Part shown: positions 59,007-64,000 of the stretch, in pieces | Numbering within the stretch: the first letter of the stretch is position 1 | How the letters are laid out: the number at the start of each line of letters is the position of its first letter | DNA from: Eledone cirrhosa | Lineage: Eukaryota | Length of the DNA: 64,000 bases | NCBI GenBank assembly: GCA_964016885.1 | Contig: OZ024742.1 | Location: forward strand, 302,126,001-302,190,000 | Reading direction: 5' to 3' | Notes under the pieces: generated by a model | What the model saw: only the letters and a program-made list of their open reading frames with translations | What the model was told of the DNA's origin: nothing | The model's database searches: none | Translations under genes and position numbers: made by a program

Positions 59007-59515
59007 TGTGTGTATGCATATGTATGTGTTGTGTCCCGATGCAGTAACAACAATCTACATCGTATGAGTTATGACATATTTCAGCATAGTACATAGTTAA
59101 ATACTCTTTATGACCAAAACTCTACAGTGCAAAATATAGACTTACATATCTTATTGTATTCTACAAAAAATATCCTGAGCCCATTTAATAAACATTAGCT
59201 CTGCCTTTCATCCATTCGAGGTCGATGAAAAAGTGCCAGCCAAGTATTGGGGTCGATTCTTTCTCTATATTTCTTTCTCACTTCTGCTCTCTCACTCTCT
59301 ATCTTTCTCTGGAAGAAATCTGTTGTATTCAAACCTGAGGAGATGGGCTCCGCCATGTTTAAAAAAAAAGGCTCTAAAGACGCCATATGCCGATACTGGT
59401 CCCCCTACGATTCCTTCAAGAGTTATGGGACCATGCATGGTGTAACAACGACGCCTGTCGATAAAGTAGCGGACCTTTTACTGGGAAAAATTATGTACTT
59501 GGTGGAGTTCATTTG

Positions 59516-59790
59516 CTAATCCTCTTCGAAGTAGGCCCCTTGTGCCTCTACACTCTGAATCGAGCAACCCATTCACTGTTTGAAGCACATTTTGAATGCT
59601 TCTTTCAGAATAGCTTCCAGCTCTGCTGTTGCAGTCTATTTTGGAGAAAAAAACCAAGAGTGAGAAGGAACCATATTTGGGGAGAAGGAAACCTATTGAA
59701 TGAGCGAAATGCTTTTTTTTTTTTGTTTTTCTTTTGCCAAGAAAGCTTGGCTCAGCTGCAACGAATAAGCTGTGACACCACTCTGCACAT
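59516..59790 (-). pseudogene. Decayed Tc1/mariner transposase C-terminus
   Basis: Frameshifted minus-strand peptides FLLPK, EWVARF and VEAQGAYFEED*, resembling mariner FLFPKLK and C-terminal GxYFE motifs. Confidence 0.45.
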
Positions 59791-60112
59791 TTTCCTCTCC
59801 CTAACATCATTACTTCACACGGGAAGTATAAAATCGAATATTTTTTCTACAGACCTCGTATAAACACAGTATCTTGCAAAACACATTTAATTCTGATATT
59901 AGAAACATTGATAAAAGTACACCACAATTATCCATATTCTTAGAAAAACTAAAAAAGCAACCTCCCCACAAAAAACAAACAAACAATAATATGAAATAGA
60001 AAATATTACCCGTAACTAACTTCTAAATACATACATTATTCAAAGCAATAAACTATCATACATACAATAATATATAAATATCTAAGCCAAATATATAGCT
60101 TATTAAATTAGA

Positions 60113-60154
60113 CAATATATTAAGAATGTTTAGCTAAACATTCTTAATATATTG
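60113..60154. repeat. Perfect 42-bp spacerless palindrome
   Basis: CAATATATTAAGAATGTTTAG|CTAAACATTCTTAATATATTG. Confidence 0.9.
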
Positions 60155-61460
60155 AGTGAAAGGGAATCATGGAATGGACAGTGCTCCGTCGGTATCGACG
60201 ATGAGTGTTCCAGATGTTTGAAGAATGGAACAACCTGCTCATGAAATTAACAAGTAAGTGGCTGAGCATTCTACAGACTTATGTAACCACAACGTAATTC
60301 TCAGGGAGATTCAGTAGAACACCGTGTGTAACATGGCTGGTCCTTTGAATTACAGATATAATCGATCTGATGGGTTTCCAAACAATTTTCGTTTATCCAG
60401 TTTTACCCACAAAGCTATGATAAATGACACTGGTTCAATATACCCCGCAGTTGGGTCGAAACAAGGATTTCATGATTTCGAAGTAAATGTCTTAACTATT
60501 CGGCCATGCTGAATCCACACTCAGAAACGTAACTAGGGTATGGCAAGCATGACATGTGCCATGGGCGCAACTTGGACTAGGAGCACGTTCTATTAAAGTC
60601 AAATAAGCCTCGTCGGAGAGTGAAAAAAGAAACTCCTTCAGATGTATGATCTGTTTCTGATTATCATGGGTGAGAACACTATGGAGGGTGGATCATTAAA
60701 CCATTTATATAAATTATTAGACCCATAGGTAAAAATACAGTGCTGGGCAGGGGCGCAATTCCACTGATTACCATAGGCTCTATTTTCCCTAGTTATGTCT
60801 CTGTCCACACTTCTATTTTTTTTCCTCTTTAGGATCTCGGGACACACAATTTTTGTGCGTCCATCCCACACCTCCTAGGACAGGTTGTAGGCCCATCGCC
60901 AGTTTTTGTGGCATGAAATAGAGACTGCAATATATTCTTCGAACAGGCCCTTCTACCTAAGGCCTGAACGAGTCCCTTGTTAACCCGCGTGAAGGACGAT
61001 GCGGTATGATTCTTTTTCTTACCTCTCACCATATTGCAGTTTTGGTGATCTTATTGGCGCCAGTCATCAATCTGGTACTTTGTCAAACCCGCGAAGACTA
61101 AGCTTATTTAGAGGCAGCCTTTATTCGCTTCGTCATATCTACATCACTGGACTGTGAGAGCTTTCTTGGGAGCTGCAGGTGTCACCCATTGTTCAGTCTC
61201 CCTTAGTAGTTTACAGCTTCCAATCATAAATGCAATTGAATGAATTTTACAAAAAGTCGGATCGTATTAATTAATCATCAATCAGATTAAATAGTTAACT
61301 AATGTCCAACAATGTAACATTAGTGGAGTCATTAATGTAAATGAATTCAAGTTTATCCAATTCGATATTGTCGAATATATCTCGTTCATTTGAAACCCCC
61401 AAGAACCAATAATTCTAATACCTTAGAACCAATAAAATCTGTAATAATATAAAAAAATAA

Positions 61461-61640
61461 TTGTTTCTACATTTGGCACAAGGCCAGCAATTATCTCAGT
61501 GTATTACTGGCGCTTTATTTTATCGACCCCGTAAGGATGAAAGGCAAAGTTAACCTCGGCGAGATTTGAACTCAGACCATAAAGGCCATAGTTCTTTGCT
61601 GCAAAGCATGGTGTCAGACCGATACTGCCAATCCACCGCA
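61461..61640 (-). mobile_element. tRNA-derived SINE, near full length
   Basis: Reverse complement of the 1203-1340 / 29920-30105 family. Confidence 0.78.
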
Positions 61641-63194
61641 ATAATATAAAAAAATAATGACAAAGATTCTGTTTGGGTTGAACAACCAGATACATACTTT
61701 CATGCGACGTCTGTATGGAATTGTTTGATAGTACTGAGATATATAATTTCGTTTGTCTTATATATCTTAGATATACTAAGAAAGAAATTCACCTCAATAG
61801 ATATAGGCTTATAAAGAGATGAAGAGCTGGTTATATGCCAACACATCGATGAATATACATCAAATGTGCTTGACAGTTTCAATAATTTTTACCTTAAATA
61901 AATATCACTTCTAACCTATGAATAGTAAATTTCTTAGACTTTACAATCAACTTAACCACAGACAAATATAAATCTAATGAAACTCTCATATATATTGATA
62001 AAAATTTATTCTATAAACTCATAGTTTTCAAAAACCTGATTAACAATAACAGTAAAATAATTCTAAAATTGTCATCGAATAAATATATTTTCGACAATGT
62101 GATGGCCGCCTACTGCAATAAGGCACTAGTAATTAGTGGACTAAAAATAAGATAAGATATATTCTTAACCTGACGCAATTCAATAGTAAAATGTGACGCT
62201 ACTGGTTCATAGCCATTTCTTTATAAATGTTAAAAATATTGATATTGTTAAAAATAAACGAACCTTAATAAGTAAATATTTTGCCCATCAACCAAGGATA
62301 TAGAAAATTGCTTAACTGAAGTATAAACTGAGTTATAGCTGTGACATGAAAAACAAGCAAACCAACTAATTTACTCAGCTATGCAATGCTGAAGTGATTA
62401 TCTATGAGACATTTATTCTATACATGGTTTTGCTGTTGTTTTATCATTGTTGTAATAACCGTTCGTCTATGTTCTCCACTCGTTTCTTAGATCTGTGGCT
62501 GTATCATATACAAGTTTTCTTTATATTACAACTAATGAAATATTTAAAAATCATACATAAACAAACGAAAGTAATTATATTCCATATCGTCTTTAGAGTA
62601 CCACCGGGCCTGCGGGACGGCCAGCGCGTGGGCCCCCATTTGCTCATAATAGTGAGAGATGGGGAGAGCGGGAGAGACGGTGGTTATGACAGTGGGAGTT
62701 TGGTTCTTTTGTGTTCAGACCTAATGCATATGTATATGTTTCACGGACACACTGACGCATAAACTTTCTACACCCATTCCTGGTATAATCTAATAAAAGT
62801 CAATGTTTAGTTAGATACCTAAGCTATCTCTCTCTCATGCAATATCTAATTGCTGTAGTGGACTGTGGCTTGAGTGAAAGAGATATAAGAAAGCCATAGT
62901 GGTGACATTGACAGTGTGCAAGACCAGCCTGCATATCCTCTTGCCCCACATCACCACAAGACTTCGGCCGTATCAACCCATGGCAGAGGCAGCTAGGAAA
63001 TCTGTGTGACATGTTGACACATTGTAAAGTAACATCATATTTGTGTGACAGGTGAAGGTCAAACAGTAAAACTTCATTTTAAACACGAACTCACAGCTTC
63101 TTTAAATAAAGAAATTTCTAGTGTTTTTTAAAAATATAAACATAAACGATAGATTCAGTTACTATAGAGATGTATGACAGAATGGAATGGAGTG

Positions 63195-63485
63195 GACCTC
63201 TGTCGGCTTCGACGAAGAGTGTTCTAGTTGTTCGATCAACGGAAAAGCTTACTCATGAAATTAACGTGTAAGTGCCTGAGCATTCCACAGACACATGTAG
63301 TGAAGTTGAGTAGATGGAAACTGTTTGGAAGTCTGTTGGATGGATTTTACACTGAATCTCTCTGAGAATTACGATAACAGTATACGTGTCTGTGGAATGC
63401 ACAGCCACTTACACGTTAATTTCATGAGCTGGCTGTTCTGTTGATCGAATAACTGGAACAGACAACGTCGAAACCGACGGAGGTC
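63195..63485. repeat. Inverted pair of a roughly 105-bp dispersed repeat
   Basis: 63195-63299 is mirrored by 63383-63485 (CATGAAATTAACGTGTAAGTG / CACTTACACGTTAATTTCATG). Other copies at about 60180-60290 (+) and 35760-35830 (-). Confidence 0.7.
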
Positions 63486-64000
63486 TATACTAGTAATACA
63501 AGTAATACTACTTACGTGTACAATACCAAAACAATGCCGGGTTTGAAATTCTCTCGTGAAAGTTGTGAAAAATCCAGAGGTAAAACAGTTTGGTTCGGTG
63601 AACAAACTACAGGATGGGTTTGTAAATAAACTCCAGTAAAATAGTCCTTGTGAGCCTTCATCACAACTGAAGAAAGTATGACATTGTAGTTAGAACAATC
63701 TGCGAGATTGATATAGAGTAAAAGATGTATATGTGCATGGTAGAGGGCATTTTAAAAACCTGGTGAAGCCCATAACACTACAGATTTGAATACAGTCTAT
63801 TTCTTACAGAGGAGGAGGAGGAGGAGAGAGAGAGAGAGAGGAAAACGACCCCTGAATTGGACTGGTACTTATTTTATGGACCTCGAAAGGATGAAAGTTA
63901 TGACCCCTAGGAAATCCTATGTAATTTCTAGTAGTGTAGATCAGCGTTTCAAGCTCTAGGGGCTTATATTGTGTGTAAACAAATAATTGTTTCTACTTTT

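Noticed and set aside
60829-61032. Short ORFs in GC-richer unique sequence (also 62394-63012)
   Set aside because: No recognisable domain or convincing splice-site pair.

Overview
Eukaryotic, AT-rich and very repeat-rich genomic DNA. The SINE families and microsatellite load suggest an octopod cephalopod, which is an inference. The + strand carries the last three exons (724-885, 31433-31622, 33148-33335) of a papain-family (C1A) cysteine protease of the 26/29-kDa proteinase / CfaD type. Its 30.5-kb intron holds a Tx1/L1-group non-LTR retrotransposon (intact zinc-knuckle ORF1, disabled EN-RT ORF2) embedded in a roughly 21-kb TATCTGTC(TG)n satellite. A second 30-bp 3'-end stub of the same element sits 8 kb downstream, suggesting microsatellite targeting. 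The second half is a roughly 21-kb (TA)n field containing short non-coding inserts, several with fold-back structure and minimal type I hammerhead ribozyme motifs. The most striking is a nearly invariant 310-bp tandem array (48223-51192) with one hammerhead per unit, a highly structured monomer and an internal strand switch. It is a candidate non-LTR retrozyme / Penelope-dependent circular-RNA element. Almost all long ORFs in the supplied track are microsatellite artefacts. A 200-N assembly gap lies at 51274-51473, so some repeat architecture needs read-level validation.
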